From Epithemia pelagica (taxonomy: Eukaryota; Protista; Bacillariophyta): DNA of 64,000 nt. The number at the start of each line of letters is the position of its first letter. The stretch's first letter is position 1. The DNA is taken from assembly GCA_946965045.2 (NCBI GenBank), contig OX337235.1, forward strand, positions 1,798,001-1,862,000, written 5' to 3'. The position numbers were made by a program, and so were the translations under genes. This document shows, one piece after another, positions 1-10,700 of the stretch. Under the pieces are notes generated by a model. The model was not told the origin of the DNA. It did not search any database and worked only from the letters and a program-made list of their open reading frames with translations.

Positions 1-2026
1 GTGTTGGTAGGTATCCGTCGGTTGTGGCGGTGATGGCGGTTGTTGTGGTGAGGATTTGTGTTTTTGCTTTGTTCAGTTGGACTCCGAGCGGTGCGCCGAG
101 TTCTTCGAAACGGGCCAGAAACCACGGTAAGTCTTCGTGTGGCAGGCAAATGGATGTGTCGTCCATTATGGAAGCTGTGTGTGCTTGTCCGCCTTTGCCA
201 TCGTCATGTGCGTCCCCTGCTTTCTTCCGGCGGAGAGCGCGTTGGAGTTGTTCTTTATTGATCTGTATGGTCACGGTGAGGAGGACCAGGCAGGAGAATA
301 ATGGGCTCAGTGGGCATCCTTGTGGGAAGCCTTCGTCTTGGAGGAGTTTGTCGGCCTCTCCCTTGTCGTTGAAGAACCAAGAGGGTGTTTGTGTTTGCGT
401 CAAGAGGTCGTACAGGGGAAGAAGGGGTGTCGTTTCTACGCGAGAGGCCAGTATTCGCCGTGCCTCTGTTCGTGACGTGTTGTTGAACATGTTGTGGAGG
501 TCCAGGCACACCAAAGCTCTTGTTGGTGTTTGGGGTAGTTCAATGTATTTTGCTACTTCGTTGGTTGTTGTTTGCGCCACGAAGTCGATCCCTCCTGGGA
601 TTTGGATCCCATACTGGCCGCCGCTGAGCAAGAGCGGCGTGATTTGGTCGGTGATGTGTGTGAGGGCGATTTTGGCGGCGACGCGCCGCAAACCGGTGCC
701 GATGCCGATGGGTCTTAGGCGATGGAGTTTGTTTGGGTCCTTGTGGAGGGCAAGGAAGTAGTTGCTCCCCAGGAGTTGGTGGACGAGAGTCGGAACTTGG
801 GCGGTGAGGATGAGCTGGAACAGGGCTTGGAGGTTGTGTCGGTATGGCCGTGTTGCCGTGGCAGCTCTGGTGGTGCGGTGTAGCGCCATTTCGACAATGG
901 CGTCCGTGCAGGTGGCGAAGGGGCCCGATGCCGTGCCTCGTTTCATTTGTCGCATGGCAAGGTCAAACAGGTCTGGGTCGATGTGGATGCAGTTTTCTTC
1001 TGGTGGTGGTCGGTCTGGCTGGTTGCCGCGGTTCCTTGTTGTTGTTGGCGGTGGTTCCCGTCTCGCTGGGAACAGATCTTGTTTTATGGCGGCAATGCGT
1101 TCGGGCGTGAGTGTGGCGGTGGGCATGTGGGAGGTGAGCCGGGAGTAGGCGGTGGAGTAGTTGCCGAGGTCCGCGGCTCGTTGCGCGGCTGCCAGGCGGC
1201 TGAGATGTATGGGTCCGCCTTGGAGGTGTTGTCTAGTGTGTTGTTGTCGTTGTTTTTTCTTGTTGTTGCCGTTTGTTGTTCGCTTGCTGGTGGAGGTTGC
1301 TGGCGGTGGTTGTGACCATACCAAATGGTGCAGTTCTTCGATGCGTCCGGCCTTTAGCAGGGCGTTTCTTGCTCGGAAGGCTTCGGCGTGGGTGGTGTGT
1401 CCTGTTGTTTCCGGTGGCGCCAAGAGCATGGGTTCAAGAAGGAGGAGGAGTTTCCAGAAGGGACTTGCTTCCACGAGGGCTGCCGGTGGTTTCGTTTCTC
1501 GGATGATGGAGTCTTGGAGTTTCGGTGTGGCCTTGAGGATCCATTGCACGGTGTTGTTGTAGGTGACGTAAAAGGCTTTCTTGGTTGGATGTTTGAGGTT
1601 GTGCCATACGCTGCGTCGAAACGGGGGCGGTGTTGGGTCAAGTTGGTGAAGGAAGGCGAGGCCCGTCTTCCACTGCGTTGCTATGTGAGGATCATCGTGT
1701 CGGTATGTGTGGAGGACAAGGTCCAAGTTGTTCTCTTTTCTAGTATGTTTATTTTCGTGGTGGTTGTGTAAGTGGCCCTCGGTGGTGAAAATGGCGGTTG
1801 GTTTGTTGCAGGTGTGGCAGACATGGAGGCCGTGTTGTTGACAGAAGGAGTGGGAGAGATATGTGGACGGTCGTGTTTCTCCGTGTGCTTCGATGAGGTG
1901 TTGTTTTAGTTGGAGGGTTTGTGTGTGTTTGTTTTGGTTGCGTGACTGGTGTGTTGGTGGGTCGGGCCGCCATGGACAATGGGGGACAGGGCATGCCCGG
2001 AGGGTGGGTCGCCGTAATGTACTCAT
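1..2026 (-). CDS. ORF2 of the CRE-like element: N-terminal C2H2-like zinc fingers plus reverse transcriptase (partial, at least 675 aa, open to the window edge)
   Basis: Manual translation from ATG 2026: MSTLRRPTLRACPVPHC...LKQHLIEAH and CHTCNKPTAIFTTEGHLHNHHENKH. RT motifs follow: ALHKDPNKLHRLRPIGIGTGLRRVAAK, QYGIQIPGGIDFV, LVCLDLHNMFNNTSR, GFPQGCPLSPLF, IMDD (169-158), LGVQLNKAKT. No stop codon down to base 1. Confidence 0.92.
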   Translation of the reverse strand, partial: MSTLRRPTLRACPVPHCPWRPDPPTHQSRNQNKHTQTLQLKQHLIEAHGETRPSTYLSHSFCQQHGLHVCHTCNKPTAIFTTEGHLHNHHENKHTRKENNLDLVLHTYRHDDPHIATQWKTGLAFLHQLDPTPPPFRRSVWHNLKHPTKKAFYVTYNNTVQWILKATPKLQDSIIRETKPPAALVEASPFWKLLLLLEPMLLAPPETTGHTTHAEAFRARNALLKAGRIEELHHLVWSQPPPATSTSKRTTNGNNKKKQRQQHTRQHLQGGPIHLSRLAAAQRAADLGNYSTAYSRLTSHMPTATLTPERIAAIKQDLFPARREPPPTTTRNRGNQPDRPPPEENCIHIDPDLFDLAMRQMKRGTASGPFATCTDAIVEMALHRTTRAATATRPYRHNLQALFQLILTAQVPTLVHQLLGSNYFLALHKDPNKLHRLRPIGIGTGLRRVAAKIALTHITDQITPLLLSGGQYGIQIPGGIDFVAQTTTNEVAKYIELPQTPTRALVCLDLHNMFNNTSRTEARRILASRVETTPLLPLYDLLTQTQTPSWFFNDKGEADKLLQDEGFPQGCPLSPLFSCLVLLTVTIQINKEQLQRALRRKKAGDAHDDGKGGQAHTASIMDDTSICLPHEDLPWFLARFEELGAPLGVQLNKAKTQILTTTTAITATTDGYLPT

Positions 2027-5000
2027 AGGGCCCCTTGGCCCTTGGTAGCATGCGGGACCACATGGCCGGTGCGGGGGCCGGCGACGGAGGAAGGGGACGA
2101 CGTGGGGCGTGGCCTCTGCACTAGTCGTTCTGCGTATTCCCATACGTCTTGCGCGTCGGTGTCCGTGCTGAAGGACGTAATCCCGTCCAGATATTGCTCC
2201 AGGACGGGCAGTTGTTGCTCATTGTTCGAGGCGACAAAGTCAATGATTTGTCGGAGTTCCTCGGTCGTGTGTTGCGAGTTCCATTGCTGGAACAGCGGGC
2301 GTGAACTGTCGGACGGGTCGGAGACGTTGTCCCATTTGTCTGGAACGTCCATGTCCTCCATGTCGACGTCTGTGGGGCGATCGTCGTATCTGTCTCTGTC
2401 CTCCTCGTACTCTGCCTCGGGGTTGTCGTCGTCTTGCAGGGGCGCGTATTGGTTGGAGGACGTGTTGCTTGTGTCTGATGGTGGCGCTCTCGGTGCTGGG
2501 GACGACGTAGCTTCTGCCACTTTCTTCCAGTCCGTGCCGTCGTCGTATGGGTCGTCGTCGGTGTCGTCGGCATTGCTGGCGTCGTTTTGGTTGCTGTGGT
2601 GGTTGTCTTGGTTCGGCCGTTTCCTCGGTGGTGGTGCGCCTGGTGATGTGGATCGGGCTCTCGTTTCCCGTGTGTTGTTGTTCTCGTCGTCGTCGGCTGT
2701 TGTGGGGTGTGCTTTCTTGACGATTCTCCGTGTGAGATCGAGGAGGCGGGACGTGTGGTTGGCTTGGATTGGTTGGTGGTCGTTGGAGGTGTTGTTGCGT
2801 GGCGGTGGGGCCGCTGCTGTGACCGAGGCCATGGTTTGTCGTAGTATGTTTCGTGGGAACCCGGGGTACTGGCGAATGGTTGTCGTGGTGAGATGGAGGG
2901 TATCCGGAGTGCGGAGGAGGTAAAGTACAAATGCAATCGGCTGTTGTTCATGGTGGCAAAACTCGGGAAAGGCCGCTTGGTAGTTTTCCATTTGTGTCAG
3001 CTGTTCCCACTCTTCGTCGTCCGCGAGGTCGTTGAGGGGGAAGAGGCGAATGCGGACGATTGCGGAGAAGTATTGGTCCAGTTCACGGAGTGCTTCCAGT
3101 GTCGTGGTACGTTGTTGTTGTGTTTTGGGCACTGGGATCAACTGGATGATGTTGTCGCGCCAGCGGAGGTCGTTGTTGGCCGTTGCCTTGTGGAGCTCAT
3201 TGTATGCACGGAGAATGGTCTCGAACATGCGTTTGGAGGACGCCGAGATGTAGGTGACAGGGACAGTGCCGCGTTGTTTGGATTTGAAGTCGCCGCTGAA
3301 ATTTCCGTCGCGGCATCCGATGTGTTTGTGAAAGTCGTCCGACATTTGGAGGTGTGTTGGGAGGAAGCCTAGGAGTTGGTCGTGGATGGCGTCCGTGAGG
3401 TCGATGTATCCTCTTTTGTGTTTGATCGCGCTGGCCGGGATGCCAACGATGATACCGTGTGTCTCACATGTTCTGTTGTTGCATGCAGGGGCGTAAATGT
3501 CGATGTCCTTGTATCTTGGGTTTACCGTGGGGTTGGACTGCTGCGATCCGTGACGGAGAATCTGTTGCAGGCCGTGGTTGTCGTTGCGGAAATCATCCCG
3601 GTGGTGTTTATGCCACATTTGCGTGACAAACCGGATGCCTTGCTCCTGAAATACCTCGGTGTCGAAGGCGTCATTGATGGGGGCGGGGCGGAGTGTAAGG
3701 TGGAAGGAAGACGTGTATCCGCGCCCTCCTCGTTCGTTGTTGTTGTTGTTTCGGTTGTTGCTGTTTCGCGGTGGTTGTTTTGTTTCCAGGAACTCGACCC
3801 TGTGCACGTCCAGCATCATTGGTTCTTCCCGGCATCGGTGGTGTTGCAGCACTCGGTGGATGTGTTGCTTTAAGGTGGTTTCCGTGACCCGTGGGAGTCG
3901 CGACTCTTCTTGGTGGTTCGCTTTGTGGCGCACCACCAGTGTAAGGTGGATGGTTGCCGGTGGGTCCATTGCTTTGGGGCGTTTCGGTGTTGCCCTGTAT
4001 GGGTTGATGGTGGTCTCCGTGGTTGCCTCCATGGTGTCGTTGGTGCCGTCCTGGTTTTCCGCCGTGTCGTCATTTTTGGCCGTGGCATTGTCCTGGTTGT
4101 CGCTGTCCATGTTGTCGTTATCGTTGGGCTCCGTGGGTTGGTTGCCGTCTCGGCCTTCCATGTACGGGACTTGGTTGTCCTCCCTATTGGGAGGGGTGGA
4201 GGTGTTGTGGGAGTAACGAAGCATTGCCTCCTGTGTGTTTTCGGTCGCATGGTTGAAGATCCTGGTCGTTGCGGTGGTGGCGGCCAATGTGCTGGAGCGA
4301 CGGCCGGACAGGGACGGTGGGGATGAAAGACGTGGCTCCGAGGTCTGGATGGTGTCGTCCTGGGTGGTGGTTTGTTTGGTGTCGTCGAGGGTGGTGTCTG
4401 GGCTGTTTTTGTTGTTTTTGGTGGTTTCCGTGGGCGTGTTTTCTTTTTTGTCTTTTTTGTCGGTGTTTTTGTTGTTGTTGTGGTGGTCAGGGGTGATGAG
4501 GTTGGACGTGTCCAAGGATTGGGAGCAGGGAGGGTTCAACGACGGCTTGGGTTGGTTGGCTTCCGGGTCGCCGCGGTTACCGAACATGGTGGCTGCCTTT
4601 GCTCGGGTGAGAAGGGCGTGGTTGCGTGGAGCAGTGGTGCGTTTGGTGGACGGCGGTGGCTTCGTTGCGTTGGTGGCGGCGAACTTGGAGTGGGCTTGCA
4701 TGGTCGCTATTTTGCAGGGGGCTTGGTTGTTGCTGGCGAAGTTTTTGTTCTGGCGGGTACTCAGTGGCGAGGCGAACTTTTCCGACACTGTGAGTGGAGA
4801 ACGTTGGGCTGCTTCATTTTGTTTGGCGACGGAGTGGTTGTGGCGATGATGACGTGGCTTGGACTCTTCTGTTGCTGAGTGGTGGTGACGGCGCCAATCG
4901 ACGACGTGTCGGTTTCCGTTTCTGTCGGTCTGTGTCCCGGTTGTCCGAGTGGACGGTGGGGTGGCAGGGTGGTGTTCGTGGCGAGTAGTTGTGGTTGGCT

Positions 5001-5385
5001 GTCCTTCGATGGAGTTGGCGGTGTCGGTGTCGATGACGACGTGTTTGTGGGGTTGTTGGTGTCGATTCTGCTGGGTGGCGCTTGGTCGGCCGTCCGTGTG
5101 CTTCCCTTTTGGCGTGGAGGCGGTGTGGGGTGGCTGGCTGGTGGCCATGGCGTGGCGGTGTTGTCCTTGTTGCGGAGGTGTGCCTTTTCTGTTTTTAGTT
5201 TTGTTTCGTCGATTTGGGAGTATGTCCATGGTGAAGGTGAGGTTCGCCTGGCTGCGAGCAGGGCGACGGTGTACCAACGGGGGTGCTGTCACCGAGGCGG
5301 GCGAGGTGAATCGTGTCATGGCCGTTGGCAGTTGTTTGCAGGAAAGTGCCGGTGCGTGCCAAGGCGGGTCCGCGTCCGCCGCCAT
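2023..5385 (-). CDS. ORF1 of the CRE-like element, 1120 aa; disordered T/N/Q/D-rich ends around a globular core
   Basis: Long ATG-initiated ORF with the same A/C-rich bias as ORF2; its TGA overlaps the ORF2 ATG. No domain recognised by eye. Confidence 0.85.
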   Translation of the reverse strand: MAADADPPWHAPALSCKQLPTAMTRFTSPASVTAPPLVHRRPARSQANLTFTMDILPNRRNKTKNRKGTPPQQGQHRHAMATSQPPHTASTPKGKHTDGRPSATQQNRHQQPHKHVVIDTDTANSIEGQPTTTTRHEHHPATPPSTRTTGTQTDRNGNRHVVDWRRHHHSATEESKPRHHRHNHSVAKQNEAAQRSPLTVSEKFASPLSTRQNKNFASNNQAPCKIATMQAHSKFAATNATKPPPSTKRTTAPRNHALLTRAKAATMFGNRGDPEANQPKPSLNPPCSQSLDTSNLITPDHHNNNKNTDKKDKKENTPTETTKNNKNSPDTTLDDTKQTTTQDDTIQTSEPRLSSPPSLSGRRSSTLAATTATTRIFNHATENTQEAMLRYSHNTSTPPNREDNQVPYMEGRDGNQPTEPNDNDNMDSDNQDNATAKNDDTAENQDGTNDTMEATTETTINPYRATPKRPKAMDPPATIHLTLVVRHKANHQEESRLPRVTETTLKQHIHRVLQHHRCREEPMMLDVHRVEFLETKQPPRNSNNRNNNNNERGGRGYTSSFHLTLRPAPINDAFDTEVFQEQGIRFVTQMWHKHHRDDFRNDNHGLQQILRHGSQQSNPTVNPRYKDIDIYAPACNNRTCETHGIIVGIPASAIKHKRGYIDLTDAIHDQLLGFLPTHLQMSDDFHKHIGCRDGNFSGDFKSKQRGTVPVTYISASSKRMFETILRAYNELHKATANNDLRWRDNIIQLIPVPKTQQQRTTTLEALRELDQYFSAIVRIRLFPLNDLADDEEWEQLTQMENYQAAFPEFCHHEQQPIAFVLYLLRTPDTLHLTTTTIRQYPGFPRNILRQTMASVTAAAPPPRNNTSNDHQPIQANHTSRLLDLTRRIVKKAHPTTADDDENNNTRETRARSTSPGAPPPRKRPNQDNHHSNQNDASNADDTDDDPYDDGTDWKKVAEATSSPAPRAPPSDTSNTSSNQYAPLQDDDNPEAEYEEDRDRYDDRPTDVDMEDMDVPDKWDNVSDPSDSSRPLFQQWNSQHTTEELRQIIDFVASNNEQQLPVLEQYLDGITSFSTDTDAQDVWEYAERLVQRPRPTSSPSSVAGPRTGHVVPHATKGQGAL

Positions 5386-6068
5386 CGTTGCTGGCGCCGT
5401 GATGTCACAGGAGTGTTAGGTGTACGACAGAGGAGGCCGGCCGTCCTTTATAGTTTTCTCTCTTGTCTTTTCGTCTTGGGCAAAGTTCTTTCCTGGGATT
5501 GCGGATCTTGGCAAGGGAACCTTGGAACGCATTTTGATTTTATGACTCTCCTGAACGAACAGGAATATTTTGAGTCTTGTTGAGCAGAACGCCAGCCATC
5601 TTCCAACTGCCAAATCACGCCAGCCTTTCCAGCCGGATGTGATCATTATTTTTTTCTGGCGGGGAAGGAGTTTTTGGTGAGCAGGACAGACCATGAAAGA
5701 GTTGACAGGCAGACCACTAAAAGGCGGACACCTAGGTAGTCGGTGCCTTGTAGTACTCGTGGTACCTTAGCCATTTTTTTTCAAAAAGACCGCCGAACGC
5801 GAACGCGCCAAAACACGAATGAGTATTGGGTATTGGTATTGGCCGAAACCTGGAGGATACCCAGGACCACGAAACGGAAAAAGAATGTGCATCCCATGTC
5901 TAAAATAGATAATAGGAAACCATCTCCACCCTGTGCAAACCACAACGGTTGAGCACTGCACATGTTGTTGGTGTGCGGCGAGACTGGGAACAGCCATAAA
6001 TCACATATTCTATACATTATTTGTGTTACACCCATGACACTGTTGGTGGAGGGTGGAGGACAGAGGTC

Positions 6069-6716
6069 ATGATCCTCCTTCAAAATCTACGGGTTACAAT
6101 CTCGGACGATGATGGGTTTGAAATCCTCTCCAAGTCAGGATGTTGGGATCATGGAGTCAGAGGGAAGACCGAAAAGTCTGTGCGTTTCGACGTTACGAAT
6201 AATCTTTACCATGAAAGCAATCGAACCTTGTCCGCCAAGGAACGGAATGAGTGCTGGTACAGTGGGCTTTCCATTTCCACGTTCAAAAAGGAGATTGTGC
6301 GAGATGCTGAGAGAATGTTTATGATCAAAGGACTGAAGAAGCTCTTACCTTCCAAACTGTCGCCTGGAAAGTCGAAATGGGCGACAGTGCTACGAGCCTA
6401 CAAAGACTGTGCGGATGTCCGCACTGAAGACGAAGCGACCAATTCTGACTTTGTCGCAGTGGATCGACGCAGCATGAGTGGCCTGTACACAGGCAGTGCC
6501 CAAGTGTTGGGCCTCGAGAGGGTCCTGTTCCAATCGCTCCGAGGTCAGTCGTCGGCAACCGTCGCGCTGTTATTGAATCTAGCCCGGGAGAAGACTCGAA
6601 CGATACAGGATAGGGATTCACAGGACCGCATTTATCGTCGTGTGAGTCAAAATATTAGCAGACCCTGCAGGGTTCTAGCGAGGGAATTGGCCGTTGCACA
6701 AGCCGCATCGCTATGA
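6069..6716 (+). CDS. Hypothetical protein of a diatom-type family (VRF...WYS...FK, GLER motifs)
   Basis: First ATG at 6069 (the track starts at a TTG). Shares its motif order with the ORF at 50507-51238. Confidence 0.65.
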   Translation: MILLQNLRVTISDDDGFEILSKSGCWDHGVRGKTEKSVRFDVTNNLYHESNRTLSAKERNECWYSGLSISTFKKEIVRDAERMFMIKGLKKLLPSKLSPGKSKWATVLRAYKDCADVRTEDEATNSDFVAVDRRSMSGLYTGSAQVLGLERVLFQSLRGQSSATVALLLNLAREKTRTIQDRDSQDRIYRRVSQNISRPCRVLARELAVAQAASL

Positions 6717-7745
6717 ACTTCGACGTCATGAATGCCTCCTCATCACAGGTGACAGTGGGAGGCAGTGGGAGGCTTCCAAGTTGTGCGGTGGGGTGGTTAA
6801 ATCTTGGCAGGAAGGTTGAATGGGAAGCAGCTATTTCTTTCCTATGGACAAGATCAAAATAGCCACCATGCCATGGCTTTCATGGCAGTAGTTTCTCTAT
6901 TGAACTGTGGCGTCATGACACGAGAAGATAACACTACTACTGTTAGGAGTAGGAGTAGATTGTTACTCCTAAAAGGAGTGCTAGCAATATTAAGGTTACT
7001 CGTACTCCTAAAGGTAGTTCATCCTTACCAACAAAGCCAGGACGTCCATGATCCCTAGCTAGCTTTCTGCGTCTGCGCAAGAAGATAGACCGTTCACCTT
7101 CACCAATCATAACTTTTTGATGGGTCAATGTCGGTTGAACAGACAACAGACACGCCTTTATCCTCTTCATGGTCATGGACATTGCGCGAATCCGAGTTGC
7201 GAGACAGTCGAGAATCGTGACTGTTCAATTTCCATTTTGCATTCAATCATTGGATTTTAATTTTACCGATTTGGCATTGCTCAATTTCCGTTGACCATTT
7301 GCAAACATTGTGAGTATAGACGATTGTGTATGGTGCGTTTCCGTTGACGACCGGCGAATGGATCAACATAAAAAGATGAGGTCATTGAAATTTGAAATGA
7401 AAGAGAGAGACATGAGGAAAAATCCGAGCCTTCTCTACAAGACTCCGGATGCCCGATTTCGCGCGCGCGTCGGCATTCGGCATACCCTCTAGAGAGTGGT
7501 GTGATCATGTGGAAATTTTCCCACCGCAGACGAGCGCGGCGACGGCTACAGGGACAAAGGATTTGTTCTTCTGGGTGATTGGGTTGGTGGTGTAAGTTGA
7601 AAGTCCTTTATCTCCTGAGGTAGTGGAACGTTTTACTAGCTGTGATAACCGGAATAGTCCTATCGCGTACAGGTTTTGCAGAGATCGATCTCTAAGAAAT
7701 TGATTCCTAGAGACATCAGTCATTGCACAAAGTCAAATATTGAAC

Positions 7746-10700
7746 ATGGAAGGTTGGGGCCGTATCGATGATGCGTCACGGAGCAAGAAACCATCGAGTC
7801 TTTTTGCGTCGTGGCAGCGGTTGTGGAATCAACAAGCGCCTTCGACACCGACCAAAAACGGAAAGGAAGACTCATCGCACGACTCGGTCCTTTCGGAAAC
7901 GAGCGCTCTGAATTCTGCCACAGAGGAGTTGGAAGACACCAGTAGTGCGAGTCAAGTACACAGCCCGGAGGGAAGTGTCCAACGTCAACCTCCGTCCACC
8001 ACTGCACAATTATCTCCCTTGGTCAAGAGGAAACCGGATGACGACAACATGTTGTCGCCAGTGTCCACTCCAGTGTCCACACCGGACAGTACTCCACAAA
8101 AGCAAAGTTCCCAATATTTGTCCTATCGAGAGTCGTTGCTCGATCGCATCAATCGAATGACACCTCCTGCAAAACCAACCGTGACATCCTTGTTGTCAGC
8201 AAGCCATACCATGGATTTCATGGATTCTAGCACGGATGGTTCGGTCGACCTTTCGGCACCGCGCACTCCCCAGTCGGGCACCTCTGAGGCGACAGCAACG
8301 ATACCACGGTCCACCTCTCCTTCCTTGAGTATGCTCAAAGACTCGGCACTGCCCTCCTATCCTACTCCTCCACTACAAGCCATGACGGTAAATCCGCTGT
8401 ATCCGAGCCATGTCGACAGTTCCTGTGAGGAGCAGGAGGACCTGGAGGAAGGAGAGAACAAGAAGCAAGCGCAGGACGAGGCAGAAAGTATGGCACTGTC
8501 ATCTGTGTCCAAGCTTGAACCATTTGCATCCCCACCGCCAAACTTCTCCAAGAGCCTTCTGGATCCACCGTCGCCGCATTTGGCACGAAAACCCCCAACA
8601 CCGAGTCTCTTTTATCGTCCCAATTCGAGCGAAACTTCCAAAATTCTGGGTATCGCCCCAGTCGATGACGAAGGACACAGTCTCGAAGTCTCCGACTCGG
8701 ACGTGTATAGTACCGATGGGACCTACCAGGATGAAACAGAGGGAGAGCAAGAGAATACAGACAGTGTTACAGCAGCCAATCCGCTGACTTCTAGAACTCG
8801 ACTCCCTCTCACGCAGCAAATGTCGATTGTTGCGGTGGCCGGACGAAACGACAGTACAGACAATGGGACAGTAGATACGGGAAATCGCAGTTTGACGGCC
8901 AAACTGCGGCGATTCTTTCGAGGAGTTCAGAGATACGAAGCCTTTGACAATCACGAAGATAATGACGATATGATCGAAAACAATTATTCGGTGAGCTTTA
9001 GCTCCACCGAAGTGGACGATAATGTCACTCTTTCCACTAACGCTTCTTCGGCCTTGCTCGGGACCTCGGCGCTTGCACGGCATATGCACGAGCAAGCAGC
9101 CAAGACTGGTACTCCGTCTCATGATGATACCATGACCAACGCCTCCTATCCTCTGGCAGACAGTGAACATATATCTCCGAGTCTCGTATTTTTTGACCAG
9201 TCCACAGTTACGGGGGGATCGGATTCTGAAGTCGAAGACGACGAAGAAGAAGAGGAGACGACAGTGTCTGCGGATGAGCGTGGATTGCAACTCAACATTT
9301 CGACGTTGGACGTTCCCATGATCAAGCCAGATACGTCCACTCAACAACCAAGTTGCAGCATGTCGTCATCCGGTTTTCTGCAAATTTCTAGTTTTCGCGA
9401 AACCAATACATCTAAAGATGCTCTCCGAGCAGACGGAGCGGCAGGAATAATGAAAGCGGAGCGGAGAATTCCACGGTCACCAACCAAGGATTCGGTGTCT
9501 ACACTCAAAAAGAGAACTCGGAAGCGAGGCATGACCCGATGTATCATTCGTGTGTCTGCCATATTCTTGTTGGCAGCTTGCATTGCTGTTCTCATTGTCA
9601 TGTTAACCAATTTATTTGATGACGACAGTGATGATCAAAGCGATATTGTCGCAGATCAGCTAGGCCCCAAGTCCATCGATTCTCCTTCTTCACCACCGTC
9701 TCCTCGGCCATTCTCGTCTCCGGCGACACCAACCGTATTTCTTCCAGCATCGGGACCATCCGCTTCTCCGGAGAGTACACCGACGGCAAAATTCTCATTG
9801 CCAACCACTGAGAAGCCATCCACAATACCGTCAGAAAGTCCATCCTTCTTCCCATCCGAGCTACCTTCCGAAGCTCCGAGCCATGTTCCTTCTGAAGCTC
9901 CGTCAACGAACCCTTCCGCGACACCCAGTACGATTTTGTCGTCCAGAGCGGGAAGAATTGATACGATCACCAGCTTACTTGAGACTCAAGGGATAGAGTG
10001 GGAAGGACAAATTGTAGCGAGTAACGATGGATCGCCTCAGTATGAAGCACTCGACTGGCTCGTTTCGGACCCAAATTTTGAAACTTATTCAGAGGAGATT
10101 GTAGTACAAATGTATGCGCTGGCGGTCCTCTCGTTTGCCATGGAAGGAGGTGATACCCGTCGCCTTCGATCTCTGCGTTTCGATCCAGCTTCACCATGCA
10201 ACGAGCCGTCGACAGTGCAAGGAGAAGTGGTCTGTGAACCAACCGGAACCGGGGTCCTCACAGTGCTGGATTGGTCTGGGAAAAGTCTTGCAAGATCCAT
10301 ACCAAAAGAAATCGGTCTCTTGGGGAAATTGAAAACAATTCGATTGTCCAATAACTCCTTGACTGGTGGAATTCCTGCGTCGATGGGTTCGTTGGAAGAT
10401 CTGGAAGAACTGAACTTGGCTGGGAATTCGTTGGAAGATCTCCCAGAGTCCGTAGCGAATTGCACGAATCTCCGAGAGATGGACTTGTCTTACAATAGCT
10501 TCAACATGGAACTACCTACTTTTCTCTCAGAGATTCAGACTCTTCGTGTTTTACGACTAAACGACAATCAATTCCGCGGACCGATCACGGATGACTTTTA
10601 TAACCTCAGAGATCTTAATGTTCTCGATTTGACGCACAACGGAATAACTGGTGCTATTGGTTCTGGTATTGCAAACTGTACCAATCTGGTTGAGCTCCAC

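Larger units (their letters stand above)
1..5385 (-). mobile_element. Two-ORF non-LTR retrotransposon with CRE-clade-like RT; 3' part runs off the window, 5' UTR extends an unknown distance above 5385
   Basis: ORF1 (5385-2023) is followed by a zinc-finger/RT ORF2 starting at 2026 with an ATGA stop/start overlap. The sense strand is strongly A/C-rich, unlike the flanking host DNA. Confidence 0.88.

Noticed and set aside
24-5583. Many plus-strand ORFs of 100-290 aa (V/L/W/G-rich)
   Set aside because: Antisense shadows of the CRE-like ORFs; the G/T-rich plus strand is poor in stop codons.
5386-5800. Possible ribozyme or 5' boundary of the CRE-like element (hairpin AAGGC…GCCTT near 5720-5750)
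   Set aside because: No complete HDV or hammerhead fold could be built, and without the 3' TSD the boundary cannot be fixed.
6940-7020. AGGAGTA/TACTCCT short inverted motifs
   Set aside because: Short simple-repeat-like sequence with no boundaries or second copy.
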